A DNA stretch of 64,000 nucleotides from the NCBI GenBank assembly GCA_963779415.1, contig CAVZYA010000002.1, forward strand, positions 1,280,001 to 1,344,000, written 5' to 3'. Origin of the DNA: an uncultured Acidobacteriota bacterium (GTDB lineage: Bacteria > Acidobacteriota > Thermoanaerobaculia > UBA5066). The notes under the pieces were generated by a model, which saw nothing but the letters and a program-made list of their open reading frames with translations, was not told the origin of the DNA and made no database searches. A program made the translations under genes and the position numbers. Below, in pieces: positions 30,851 to 41,683 of the stretch. The number at the start of each line of letters is the position of its first letter. The first letter of the stretch is position 1.

Positions 30851-33800
30851 GTGAGTCGTAACTCTCTCAGCCTTCTATTACGGAGCCCGAAAGGCAAAAG
30901 TTCGAAGAGGATCCTCGGCATCGCCGGAGGGCTCGTCGTCCTCTGGGCAGCCGTCGGATTCCTCGTCCTGCCGCGCGTCCTCCGGCCGGTCGTCGAGAGG
31001 AAACTCTCGGAGAGCCTCCACCGCCCGGTGACGCTCCGCGGCCTCTCGATCAACCCGTTCGCCCTCTCCGCGACGCTGGAAGGGCTCGCCGTGAAGGATC
31101 GGGACGGCGGCCCCTTTTTCTCCTTCGAGAGCCTCTACGTCAACCTCGAGTCGATCTCGATCTTCCGGGGCGGGCCGGTGGTTCGGGCGATCCGGCTCAT
31201 GAAGCCGTCCGCCACGCTCGTCCGCCTCCCGGACGGGACGTACAACTTCCAGGACCTCATTCCGAAGGCCGACGCCGGACCGGCGAAGGAGAGAAAGCCT
31301 CTCCGGTTCTCGCTCAACAACATCGACGTCGAGGGAGGGAGCGTCGACTTCGACGACCGGCTGAAGCAGACGAAACACGCCATCCGCGACGTCCGGATCG
31401 GGATCCCGTTCCTCTCGAACATCCCGTCGAAGGTGGAGATCACGACGCAGCCCGTCTTCGAAGCGAAGGTGAACGGTTCGCCTCTTTCCCTCCACGGGCG
31501 GACGAAGCCGTTCAGCGAGACGCGGGAGACGACTCTCGATCTCGTCTTCGACGACGTGGACCTTCCCTATTACCTCTCCTACCTTCCTTCCGAAACGCCA
31601 TCGAAGCTCACTTCCGGGCGCCTCGACGCGAGGCTGACGATCTCTTTCACGCAGCCGCTCAAGGGCGCTCCCACCCTCCTCGTCTCGGGCTCGGGCGCCC
31701 TGCGAAAGGTCGCGGTCTCCTACGGCGGCCGGCCGCTCGTTTCGTGGGACCGGTTCGAGGCGGTTCTCGACTCCTTCGACCTCTTCGGTCGGAAGGCGCG
31801 CATCCGGAGCCTGAAGGCCGTGGCGCCCGAGCTCTGGATCCGGCGCGAGACGATGGGGGAGCACAACATCGCGAAGGCTCTTGCGGCGCCGGCTGCGCCC
31901 GCGGCGGGCGCGGGAAAGAACATCCGCGCCGCCAGTCTCGCCATTTCTCGTCGAGATCGGCGAGATGGGGATCGAGGCCGGGAAAGTCCACTATGACGAC
32001 TTCGCGTTCCATCCCCCGTTTCACGCTCTCTTCGGAGAGCTGACGGCCTCCGTGAAGGGTTTCTCGACGGCGCCGGGGAAAGCCGCGTCGATAGAAGCCT
32101 CGATGAAATCGGACAAGGGGGAGCTTTTCCGGAACACGGGGACCGTCTCGATGGAGCCGTTCACGCTCGCGGGGAGCTTCTCGATCGACGCCGTCCCCCT
32201 GAAGAGCTACACGACGTTCCTCGACGAGTTCGTCCCGCTCGTCATCGAGGACGGCCTCCTCGACCTGAAGACCGGGTACCGCTTCTCCATGGGGAAGGAC
32301 GCCAACACGATCCTCTCGGGCCTCTCGGTCGACGTGAATCGCCGCGCCTCCGGAAGAAGAGCGAGAAAGAGCCGTTCTTCTCGGCGGCGACGCTCTCGCT
32401 CTCGGAGACGTCGGTCGACCTTGCGAAGCACGAGGTCATCCTCGGGAAGATCGAAAGCGCCGCCGGCCTTTTCGCGGTCGTCCGGGAGAAGGACGGCCGC
32501 GCGGATCTCCTGTCGCTCATGCCCGCGCCTCCTCCGGACGCGCCGCCTCCTCCTCCCTCGCTCCCGTGGGCCGTCAGCGTGAAGAGGTTCGGCCTCTCCG
32601 GGTACACCGTGAAGATCGACGACCGCGGCTTCGACCGCCCCGTCCGCTACGCGCTGACGAAGATGAACCTCCTGCTCGGAAATCTCTCGACCGCCAGAGA
32701 CTCGAAGGGGACGCTCGCCGTCCGGGCCGGGTCTCGACGGGAAGGGGCTCGCGACGGTAAAGGGACCGGTCGGCTTCAATCCGATCTTCGCGGAGCTGAA
32801 AATTGACGTGAAGGGGGTCGACCTCGTCCCGCTTCAGGCCTATGCCCTTCCGAACCTGAGGCTCGACCTCGCCCGCGGTTCGGCGAGCGCCGCAGGAACC
32901 CTCTCGCTCCGGGAAGACTCGAGCGGGAAAGCGAGCGTCGTCTACGCCGGGGATGCCCTCATTTCGGACTTCTTCGCCGTCGACCAGACGACGAAGCTCG
33001 ACTTCCTGAAGTGGGAGACCTTCTCCGCGACCGGGATGAAGGCGGGATACAACCCGATCTTCTTCGAGGCGAGAGAGGTCGCCGCCGTGGGGGTCGTCTG
33101 CGACGTCACGATCGAGGCCGACGGCTGCGTGAATCTCCGGAAGATCGTCGGGAAGCCGGAGCCGACAGAGGAAGGCGAGGAAGCTGCGGCTCCGTCCGGC
33201 CGTCGTCCCGACGCCCCCTGGCCTCCGCCGCGGCGAAGGCCGGAGAGAGCGAGCCGCGTACCGTCATCCCGGTCCGGATCGACGAGCTGACGCTCCAGGG
33301 GGGCCAAATCGGCCTCGCGGACTACTTCATCAGGCCAAATTACACGGCGACGCTCGGAAACCTCGGTGGGCGGGTGACGGGCCTCTCCTCCGCGGACGGG
33401 ACGGTGGCCGCGCTCGACCTGCGCGGCACTCTCGCGAACCACTCGCCCCTTCAGATCTCGGGCTCGGTGAACCCGCTCGCCGCCGCGACGTTCGCGGACA
33501 TCAAGGCCAGCTTCCGCGACATCGACCTCGCGCCCTTCACGCCCTACTCGGGAAAGTACGCGGGGTACAAGATCGCGAGCGGCAACCTCACGGTCGAGGT
33601 CGCCTACAAGCTCGAGAATCGGAAGCTCCAGGCGTCGAACCGGTTCCTCGTGACCGGGTTCGACTTCGGCGAGAAGGTGGAGAGCAAGGACGCCACCAAG
33701 CTTCCGGTGAGGCTCGCCGTCTCGCTCCTGAAGGACAAGGACGGCGTCATCGACCTCGACTTGCCCGTGGAAGGCTCGCTCGACGACCCGAAGTTCCGGA

Positions 33801-34462
33801 TCGGGAAGGTCATCTGGCAGATCCTCGGGAACCTGATCGCAAAGGCGGCGACGGCCCCCTTCGCCCTCCTCGGAAAGCTTCTGGGCGGGAAGGGAGAGGA
33901 GTACTCGTCCGTCGACTTCGCCGACGGCGTCGCAACGCTAGACGACGCCGCGAGAAAGAAGCTGGACTCTCTCGCAAAGGCCCTCGAGAACCGCCCCGCC
34001 TTGAAGCTTCAGGCGACGGGGTGCTTCTCCGGGGAGGCGGATCTCGAAGGGCTCCGGCGCGCCCGCCTCGCCCGGAAGGTCAAGGCCCAAAAGCTGGCCG
34101 ACCTCGTGAAGAAGGGGGCCGCCCCCGCGAGCGTCGACGAGGTCGTCGTCGATCCGGCCGAATACCCCGAGTACCTCAAGAAGGCCTACAAGAAGGAGAA
34201 ATTCCCCAAGCCCAAGACCGCGCTCGGCTTCGCGAAGGAGATCCCGGCCGAGGAAATGGAGAAGCTGATGCTCGCGAACGAGACCGTCGGCGATGCGGAT
34301 CTCCGGACCCTCGCCCTCGCGCGCGCAAACGCGGTGAAGGACTACCTGACCGGGCCGGGAAAGATCGACGGTGGGCGCATCTTCGTCCTCGAGCCTTCCG
34401 ACAAGCCCGCCGCGCCCAAGGACAAGGCCCGCGCCAGCCGCGTCGACTTCTCGCTGAAATAG
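30851..34462 (+). pseudogene. DUF748 / AsmA-like large membrane-anchored protein, split by about 4-5 frameshifts (possibly assembly errors)
   Basis: Consecutive fragments in shifting frames: INPFALSATL...; FTPYSGKYAGYKI; LAVSLLKDKDGVIDLDLPVEGSLDDPKF; C-terminal OmpA-like end RVDFSLK. Confidence 0.85.
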
Positions 34463-34573
34463 CCCGCCTCGCGCCTCGTATTAGTTCAACCGAGGTGACC
34501 GGGTCGGAATCGAAGGGAAGACTCGGCGGCGGCGCGTCAAGGAGCTAGGTTCAAACGCTCCCGAGCGGGCTGT

Positions 34574-35927
34574 TTATGGGCGAATCCGGAAGTGCTTGAA
34601 CTGTTCTTCCGCATTCAACTTCTGCGATGAGCTGCCTTGTCTGAAGTAGAACTCGGGGCCGTACTCGCTGAGGAAGGCAGGCCGCGAACGCGGGGCGGGC
34701 TGCACGTCGAGCGCGAGGACTTGGGGATTGACTGGCGGAATGAACCGGCAATCGACCAGGCCGCGGTATGCGGGCCCGATTTTGTCTCGGATCGCCACGT
34801 GCAGGGCCTTCTGGAGATCGTCTGTTGAACCACCTCTCTGGTGCAGATCCTCGGCAATTCCTCGGACCGCGCCGTCGTCGTCGACTCCCACGAATACTGT
34901 GCCCCCATTGGAGTTGAGGAATGCAACGACCGACGCCAGGACCTCGATCTGGAGGTTAGAGTTGTGCTTTCTCTCCTTCACGTCGTAGTCGAAGCTGCTC
35001 TTGAACTCAATGGTCTGACCCTCGCCCTGCGCCAGTGCGAGGTCGAGGTCGATGGGTTTGAATCGCTTTGGGATCTCCCGAAGAAGGAAGAACACCGCGA
35101 GCGCAAAGGCGAGAACGCCGAGGCCAAGGCTCGCGAAGAAAAGTGTCGACAGGGTGGCCAGCTCGAGCGTGATGTCCCGAGGGATCGTGATCCATCCGAC
35201 AACGTCGCCGCGCGGATCCCTGAAGCCTCCCGAATGACCATGTACGTTCGACGCCCACTGACAATCCTCTGATACGACCCTGGGTCGGGACCTGCCGCGG
35301 GCCTGTCCAGCACGAGGGGAATGCCCCCCCATGCCCGTTCGAGCTTCCCGAGTCGCTGACGATCGCAAACTCGATCGGGTATTCGATCTCTCTCGTTCGG
35401 AGGACGGTGGCGCTGGAGACCGAGGTGCCGAAGCGCGTGGATGCGTCGAGAAGGGCCGCATCCGTCGAGGGCAAGGACTCCGAGGCGCGGACGCCCACCA
35501 GCACGAGCCCGTCCGTCAGCTTTCTGAGGACGAGCCGCCATGTCTCGTTCGCTGCGCTCCGAAACGTCGTAACCATTCTGGGCGGTATCTCCGGGGCCTT
35601 TCGCACGCGTCCAAGAAGCTCAGGCGGTGGCCCCTCGACGTCGATCAATAGGCCATCCGCGCCCGTGATGAGCCAGCTGGCGGCCTTCGGAAGCGAGGAC
35701 CGACGAAACGGCGTCAGGTTCCAAGTATCTCGATATTCGAGTTCATCGGAGATGGCCTTGGCCTGATCGAGCAGGTCAGCCTGGATCGTCCGGAGTACTC
35801 GGGCGCGAACAACCACCCACTGGGCGGCGGACAGGACCAGGAGAATCAGAGCGAGATAGAGCGCGATTCGGACCCGTGGTCGCCGAAGGGAGCCCAGAAG
35901 ACCTTGATATCGAGGAACGAGCGACAT
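34574..35927 (-). CDS. Membrane-anchored sensor domain fused to a Schlafen/AlbA_2 domain (frameshifted near 35330)
   Basis: N-terminal TM, extracytoplasmic region, second TM, then GEGQTIEFKSSF...VVAFLNSNGGTVFVGVDDDG...FYFRQGSSS. Confidence 0.8.
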
Positions 35928-36060
35928 CGCGGACCAGTCTATCGAACAGTCGATCGCGGAGGTCCGGCCAAATACTGTCTTTCTTTTTCGGCGCGGATCG
36001 CCGTCGAGGGGAGCGGCGACGATCAAGTTCGCTGCTAGCCGAGAGCGGTGAGCCGTCTTA

Positions 36061-36453
36061 TTAGCTCCGAGTGTTCTCCTCGGATTTCTGTCTCACGAGA
36101 GCGTCAATTTCCCTGTCAATGCTCTCGTACTCCTCGATGCCAGAGCCGGCGAAGAGTCGCTTGATGCCCTCTTGGCGTCAGGGTCCCGCCCAGCGCATAT
36201 CGAAGGGTCCACAGAAAAGACCCTCGGGAAGTTTGATTTTCGCGTCGCGGTTCTCCCAGATTGTCAGGCCGATCTGGACTTCGTTCTGGGTCGAAATCCT
36301 TCACGTCATCCTGAAGGTGATCGAACCATGTGTCGCCGGGGAACGGCTGGAAGGTCATGGTCATTGGCTTCTGTCGGATATGACCGTCCGGATCCCGATC
36401 AGGGCACTGATCCGTGTGTTCTTGGGCTTCACTTCACCGGCGTGAGAGCGCAT
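36061..36453 (-). pseudogene. Fragmented hypothetical gene
   Basis: GGAGGG RBS + ATG; protein-like stretches in three frames with an internal TGA; ends TAA TAA. Confidence 0.4.
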
Positions 36454-36587
36454 CTTCGCCCTCCGTCCGCTGAAGATGTTCTCGGGAGGATCGTGGAGTC
36501 GTGCACCCGTGAGTCACGTCGTATTTGAAGCGAAGCTCCGGGGAGCCATGGAGTCAACATTGTATAGGGGTCATCGAGAAATTGGGG

Positions 36588-37030
36588 TCAGGCCCCTGTT
36601 GAGCCAGAACGATCGAGCAGGAGGCGTCGGGGAGTTCTCCCTGAAACTGCTTCTGTGCCTCGTTGATGTGGTCCCGAATCGGCTTTACGGGATAAACTGA
36701 GGCGCCTGAACCCGGGCGGCGGAGCAGGGCCCTCGAGATCCTTCACTTCGAAAAAGGTAGCAATGCCCATGGTACGGGATGGGAAAGTCCGGTCGCCGCC
36801 GCTTTCCTGGCCCACTCTTTCTCGAACGCGAACGGGATACCGTTCTGGTTGAGGTAGTAGGCGAAGTACTTCTCGCCGAGCGTCGAACCGATATTGACGC
36901 CCATAAAGCGATTCACTTCTTCATGCGAGACGTGCCAGACGCCCCCGACCTTCTTTCCGACGGGCCGTTGCTTTCGACGAACTCTAGGACGACGCTCTTT
37001 GCGACCTTCAGGATGCCGACCAGGGTCGTC
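36588..37030 (-). pseudogene. HTH_17 (excisionase-like) + PD-(D/E)xK-like nuclease, frameshifted
   Basis: VGILKVAKSVVLEFVESNG/VGKKVGGVWHVSHEEVNRFM, then GEKYFAYYLNQNGIPFAFEK...TFFEVKD. Confidence 0.5.
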
Positions 37031-37084
37031 GTCCCGCGTAGCACGCAGCCGGAGTGCCGGCGCACATGGGCTGGCCAAGGCCGC

Positions 37085-37571
37085 GACAGCGCGAAGGAAA
37101 TCGAACCAGCCGGGCCGTTAAAGAAGACGGTGCAATGCTGGAGGACATCCCGGCCTAAGAAGGGCGATCAGACCTTGCGCGGCGAGCGGGGCGCCGATGG
37201 AGTTGAGGGCGTTGATCGCGATGGGCAGGCCGATGACTTCGATCTGCGCGGGATAGACGTTGCTGCGGGCGGCCGAATGTGACGCCGAGGCGACGGTGAC
37301 GACATTCGTGACGGGTAGGCCGAGCGTCCGTGCGGCGTCCTCATCGATACAGGTCGTGCTGGCGCCGGTGTCGATGAGGGCGAGGCCGGAAACGGGCTGG
37401 GGCAGGGTCTTCCCTTGCTGGAGAAGCTGGCGCGCGATGGGCTGGGCCACGCCGAGAAGTACCTGCACGCACGGGCCCAGTGGCGCGAGAGCGAATGCCG
37501 GAGGAACAACGGCGACGGAAGTCGGAGGGAGCCTTGGCCTGGCCGCCGAATTGAACGTTAAGTACCGGCAC
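37085..37571 (-). pseudogene. Retropepsin-like aspartyl protease, frameshifted; 3' end approximate
   Basis: LALIDTGASTTCID, and in the shifted frame GRDVLQHCTVFFNGPAG. Confidence 0.8.
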
Positions 37572-37804
37572 GGAGCAGGCCCAGGGTCAAGGCCGGGACG
37601 TAGGCGGCTACCGGCAGCTCTTCGACGCGTCGAACGAGGATGGATTCGAGGCCGAATAAGCGGGCACCCTCTTCAAGCGCCTCTTCGTGGGTATCGAACG
37701 TCCCGACGAGCCGGGGATCCCTTCACGAGCACGAACTTCCCCGGAAACTTCAGGAGAAGCTCTTTCTCGTGCGCGTCGTAATAGCGGAGTTCTTCCTCCA
37801 GCAT
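37558..37804 (-). pseudogene. DUF5678-like small protein, one extra base near 37713
   Basis: MLEEELRYYDAHEKELLLKFPGKFVLVKG/RLVGTFDTHEEALEEGARLFG; overlaps the retropepsin start. Confidence 0.7.
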
Positions 37805-37868
37805 GCCCATAACGTTAGACCTGCCGGCTTCCGAAATCCAGCGCGGAGCGGAACCCGGCCCTCTAACA

Positions 37869-37919
37869 GCTCAGCCCTTCGGCCGCAGACGTCCGGATCA
37901 TCTCGAACTCGCCGCCGTC
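37869..37919. repeat. Copy of the 3' end of the DUF1579-like gene (40366..40418)
   Basis: gtccggatcatctcgaactcgccgccgtc, 29 bp identical (37891-37919 vs 40390-40418), plus a degenerate extension to the stop codon. Confidence 0.92.
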
Positions 37920-40312
37920 AGGGCGGGAACGCAAGACGCCGCACGAGATCCAGGTACCGGGGGTCGGAGCGGATCGGGTCGAGACGCGGATCGACCTTGA
38001 GGAACGGCATGCAGATGGACCGGTCCTGCAGCCCTTTCTCGAACGACCGGAAAGCCTCGTCCTTCTCGCCAAGGCCGATGTGGATGACGGCAATCTCGTA
38101 GGGACAGAGGTATCGGTTCCGGTAAGGCCCGGCGAGCTTTTCCAGGACCTCTCGTGCCCTGTCGCTCTTGCCGCAGGCCGCATAGATCCCCCCGGACATG
38201 GCGAGCGCGAACGGGCTGTCGTCCGCCTTCGTTCCTTTTTCGGCGACGGCGATCGCCTCGGGACACCGGCCCTTCTGAACGTAAGCGATCGCCATGCTCT
38301 CGTGGGCGAAGCCGAAGCCTGGCTCGATCTCCACCGCCTTGCGAAAGAACTCGATGGCTTTGTCGTAATCGCGCGCCGCGAGCCGGCTCCAGCCGGCGTC
38401 GGTGGTGAACACGACGGAAAGGGGATCGAGTTCCAGGGCGCGCGTCGCCTCGGCCGCGCTCTCCGCCGCGCGTCCGAGAACGGTGAAGTAGAGGCCGAGG
38501 AGGTCGTGCGCGCCCGCCGAGTTCGGGTTCAGCTCCAGGGCACGCCGGGCCTCGCGCTCGGCGGCCGCCCAGTCCCGGTCGTAATTGAAGAGGATGTTGG
38601 CGAGTGAGACGTGTGTGTCGGCCAGCGACTCGTCGAGCTGCAAGGGCCTTCCTGGCGGCGGCCTTCGCCTTCGGCATCACTTCGTACGGGGGTCGGTAGA
38701 GGTCCGAAAGCAGGGACGTAGGAGTCCGCGATGCCGGCCCAGGCCGGGGCGTAGCCGGGGTCTTTCGCCAGCGCGCTCTCGAAGTCCCGGATCGCCGCGA
38801 CGAGGTCGGCCTCGGTCCCCTTGTTCCAGTGGAAGCGGCCCTTCAGGAAAAGCTCGTGCGCTTCCGGGTCGATGGGCCTCGCCTGGGTCAGGCGCATCCG
38901 TTCCTCGGGGGTCAGAACGGCCTGGACCTCGTGGGCCACGGCCGCCGCCACCTCGCTCTGGAGCCCGAGGACATCGCGCAGATCCCGCTCGTAGCTCCGG
39001 GCCCAGAGATGCTGATCCGTGGAGGCGCGGATGAGCTGCGCGGTCACGCGAACGCGCGAGCCGCTGCGCTGCACGGAGCCTTCCAGCACCGCGTCGACAT
39101 TCAGCTCGCGCCCGATCTCCGCAAGCCTCTTCTTCGTCCCTTTGTACGCCATCGCCGAGGTCCGCGAGATCACGCGCAGCGACCGGATCTGCGCGAGCTG
39201 CGTGATGAGCTCCTCCGTCATGCCGTCGGCGAAGTACTCCTGTTCGGCGTCCCCGGAGAAGTTCGCCAGCGGCAGGACCGCGATCGACTGGATGCCGCCG
39301 GCCGCGCCTCCCGGGAGCAGCCTGCGAATCGTCCCGGCGTTGATGGCGAGTATCGCGAGGATCGCGAGGATGGCCAGGGCCAGGGCTCCCATCGCGACGA
39401 GCCGGCGGGTGCGAGCGCCGACGGGCGCGGCGGCGGCCGGCCGTGCCGCCGCGGACGTGTCGGATGCCTCCTCGAGGGCGTAGGCGACGTCACTCGCGGA
39501 GTGGAAGCGCACCTGCGGGCTCTTTTCGAGACAGTGGCGGACCACCCGGGCGAGGGATGGCGGGATCGCCGGGTTCATCGCCGCGAGGTCCGCCGTCTCC
39601 TCGTTCAGGATCGCGCTGAGGGTGTCCGCGGCCGACGGCGCCCCGGAACGCCCGCTCGCCCGAGAGCATCTCGTGAAGGACCGCGCCGAGGGAAAAGATG
39701 TCGGAGCGGAGGTCGACGTTCCCTCCCCGCACTTGTTCCGGCGACATGTAGCCGACCGTGCCGAAGACGATGCCCGCTTCGGTTCCCGCCGTCAGCGTCG
39801 GCGATTTCGTGTTCTCCGCGCCCTCCGTCGCCGGCGGCGTCTGCTTGGCCAGGCCGAAGTCCAGGATCTTGACGCGCTCGTCCTTCGTCACGAAGAGGTT
39901 TTCCGGCTTGAGATCGCGGTGGACGATTCCCCTCTCGTGCGCGGCGGCGAGGCCCCGCGCGATCTGGACGCCCCAGTCGACGGCCTTCCGGACCGGGAGC
40001 GCGCCTGCGGAGAGTCGCTGCCGCAGCGTCTCCCCCTCGAGCAGCTCCATGACGAGGAGATGACGCCCGGAGACTTCTTCGAAGGAATGGACGGCGGCGA
40101 TGCCGGGGTGGTTCAGCGAGGCGAGCGATTTCGCTTCACGCCGGAATCGCGCGACGCGATCCTTGTCTTCGAAGAACTCTTCCGGCAGGACTTTCAGCGC
40201 GACGTCCCGGTCGAGGCGCGTGTCCTTTGCCTTGATAGACCTCCCCCATGCCGCCCGCGCCGAGAGGAGAGAGAACCTCATAGGGGCCGAGACGAGTGCC
40301 GGCGGAAAGCAA
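37918..40312 (-). pseudogene. Hanks-type Ser/Thr kinase - TM - TolB_N-like - TPR protein, several frameshifts
   Basis: [39 protein letters not shown]; SIAVLPLANFSGDAEQEYFADGMTEELI; TPRs ending LKVDPRLDPIRSDPRY. Confidence 0.88.
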
Positions 40313-40367
40313 TGTTTGCGGAGAGTCTAAACCCCGAGACTCGGCGAACGGGCCACGTTCCGGCCGC

Positions 40368-40850
40368 TCAGCCCCTCCGGCGGTAGACGGTCCGGATCAT
40401 CTCGAACTCGCCGCCGTCGGGGGTCGGGACGAGGTTCCGGTAGAGGAGGGAGCCGTCGGGCCGGGTCGTCGTCTCTTCGCGGTAGCGGACCTTCTGGCCG
40501 CCGTGGGTCACCTCGACGTGGAAGGTCATCGTCTTCGTGGAGGGATCCCACGATCCACTCGCCCGCGAGATCGCCGTCTGCATCGAGTCGACCCAGACGC
40601 CGGTGTATCTTTCTTCTCCCGCGTCCCAGCCGTAGATGCCGTGCCCTTCGAAGCCGCTCTCGGCCGCAAAGTCGACGACGAGCCACTTCCCGCCGCCGAT
40701 CCTCTTGTTGGTCGAGACCCCTTTCTGACGGACGGGCGGCGCTCCGGGGCCGGGATGGATTTCCATCTCGGCATCCCAGACCCCTTCGTCCTTGGCGAAA
40801 ACGGCTGTCGCGGTGGCGATCCTTTCGGCCAGCTTCGGGTCGTTCATCAT
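40368..40850 (-). CDS. DUF1579-like beta-barrel protein
   Basis: [29 protein letters not shown] pattern. Confidence 0.75.
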   Translation of the reverse strand: MMNDPKLAERIATATAVFAKDEGVWDAEMEIHPGPGAPPVRQKGVSTNKRIGGGKWLVVDFAAESGFEGHGIYGWDAGEERYTGVWVDSMQTAISRASGSWDPSTKTMTFHVEVTHGGQKVRYREETTTRPDGSLLYRNLVPTPDGGEFEMIRTVYRRRG

Positions 40851-40990
40851 TCCCCCCCTTCTCATCCTCTTCTCGTCGGGAATACGAGAGAGGTCGAGCG
40901 CCGGTTTTGCAGCTCGGGACCGCGGCGCGCGGAGTTAGAATCCGTCGCCCCGTTTCGGCGTCCGTGCGCCGGGGCGCCGCCCGAACCCTC

Positions 40991-41683
40991 ATGAAGCTGA
41001 CCGTACGCGATGCCGCCGATCTCCTCGGGGTCTCGGAGAAGGCCATCTACGACTGGGTGAAGACGCGGGACCTTCCCGCGGTCCGGATGAACGAGGAGAT
41101 CCGGTTCAACCGCTCCGAGCTGCTGGAGTGGGCCACGGCCGAGGGAGTCGACGTCTCGCCGCGGATGTTCCAGGACTCCGGGAGCCTCCCCGTCGAAAGG
41201 GCGACGATCTCGGAGGCGCTCGCCCGGGGAGGGGTCCACGCCCGCGTACCGGGCCATTCTCCACAGGAAGCGCTGCGCTCGGTGGTCGGTCTCCTCGCGC
41301 TCCCGCCCGGCGTCGACCGCGAGAGTCTCCTCTCCGTCCTCCTCGCGCGCGAGGCGCTCGGCTCGACCGCGATCGGCGACGGGATCGCCATTCCGCACGT
41401 CCGAAACCCGATCGTCCTCCATGTCGACGAGCCGATCGTCTCGCTCTGCTATCTCGAGCGGCCCGTGGACTTCGGCGCTCTCGACGGTCAGCCGGTCCAC
41501 GCGCTCTTCACCCTCGTGACGACCACGATCCGGACGCACCTCCACCTTCTGTCGCGCCTCTCGTACCTCCTCCAGAACGACCGTTTCCGAAGCGCCGTGA
41601 CGAAGGGAGCGGGAGCGGAGGAGATTCTCGGCCTCGCGCGGGAGATCGAGGCGGCGGTCGAGACCCGTCGAAGCGGACGATGA
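40991..41683 (+). CDS. HTH_17 DNA-binding domain + PTS EIIA (Ntr/fructose-type) regulator
   Basis: LTVRDAADLLGVSEKAIYDW; REALGSTAIGDGIAIPH; first gene of the hyf-like operon. Confidence 0.9.
   Translation: MKLTVRDAADLLGVSEKAIYDWVKTRDLPAVRMNEEIRFNRSELLEWATAEGVDVSPRMFQDSGSLPVERATISEALARGGVHARVPGHSPQEALRSVVGLLALPPGVDRESLLSVLLAREALGSTAIGDGIAIPHVRNPIVLHVDEPIVSLCYLERPVDFGALDGQPVHALFTLVTTTIRTHLHLLSRLSYLLQNDRFRSAVTKGAGAEEILGLAREIEAAVETRRSGR

Noticed and set aside
37814-37867. GTTAGA...TCTAAC as an attC site
   Set aside because: The core boxes are in the wrong order and there is no internal stem.
30851-40312. Programmed ribosomal frameshifting in DUF748 or kinase genes
   Set aside because: Too many scattered shifts and no recurring slippery motif; error or decay is simpler.
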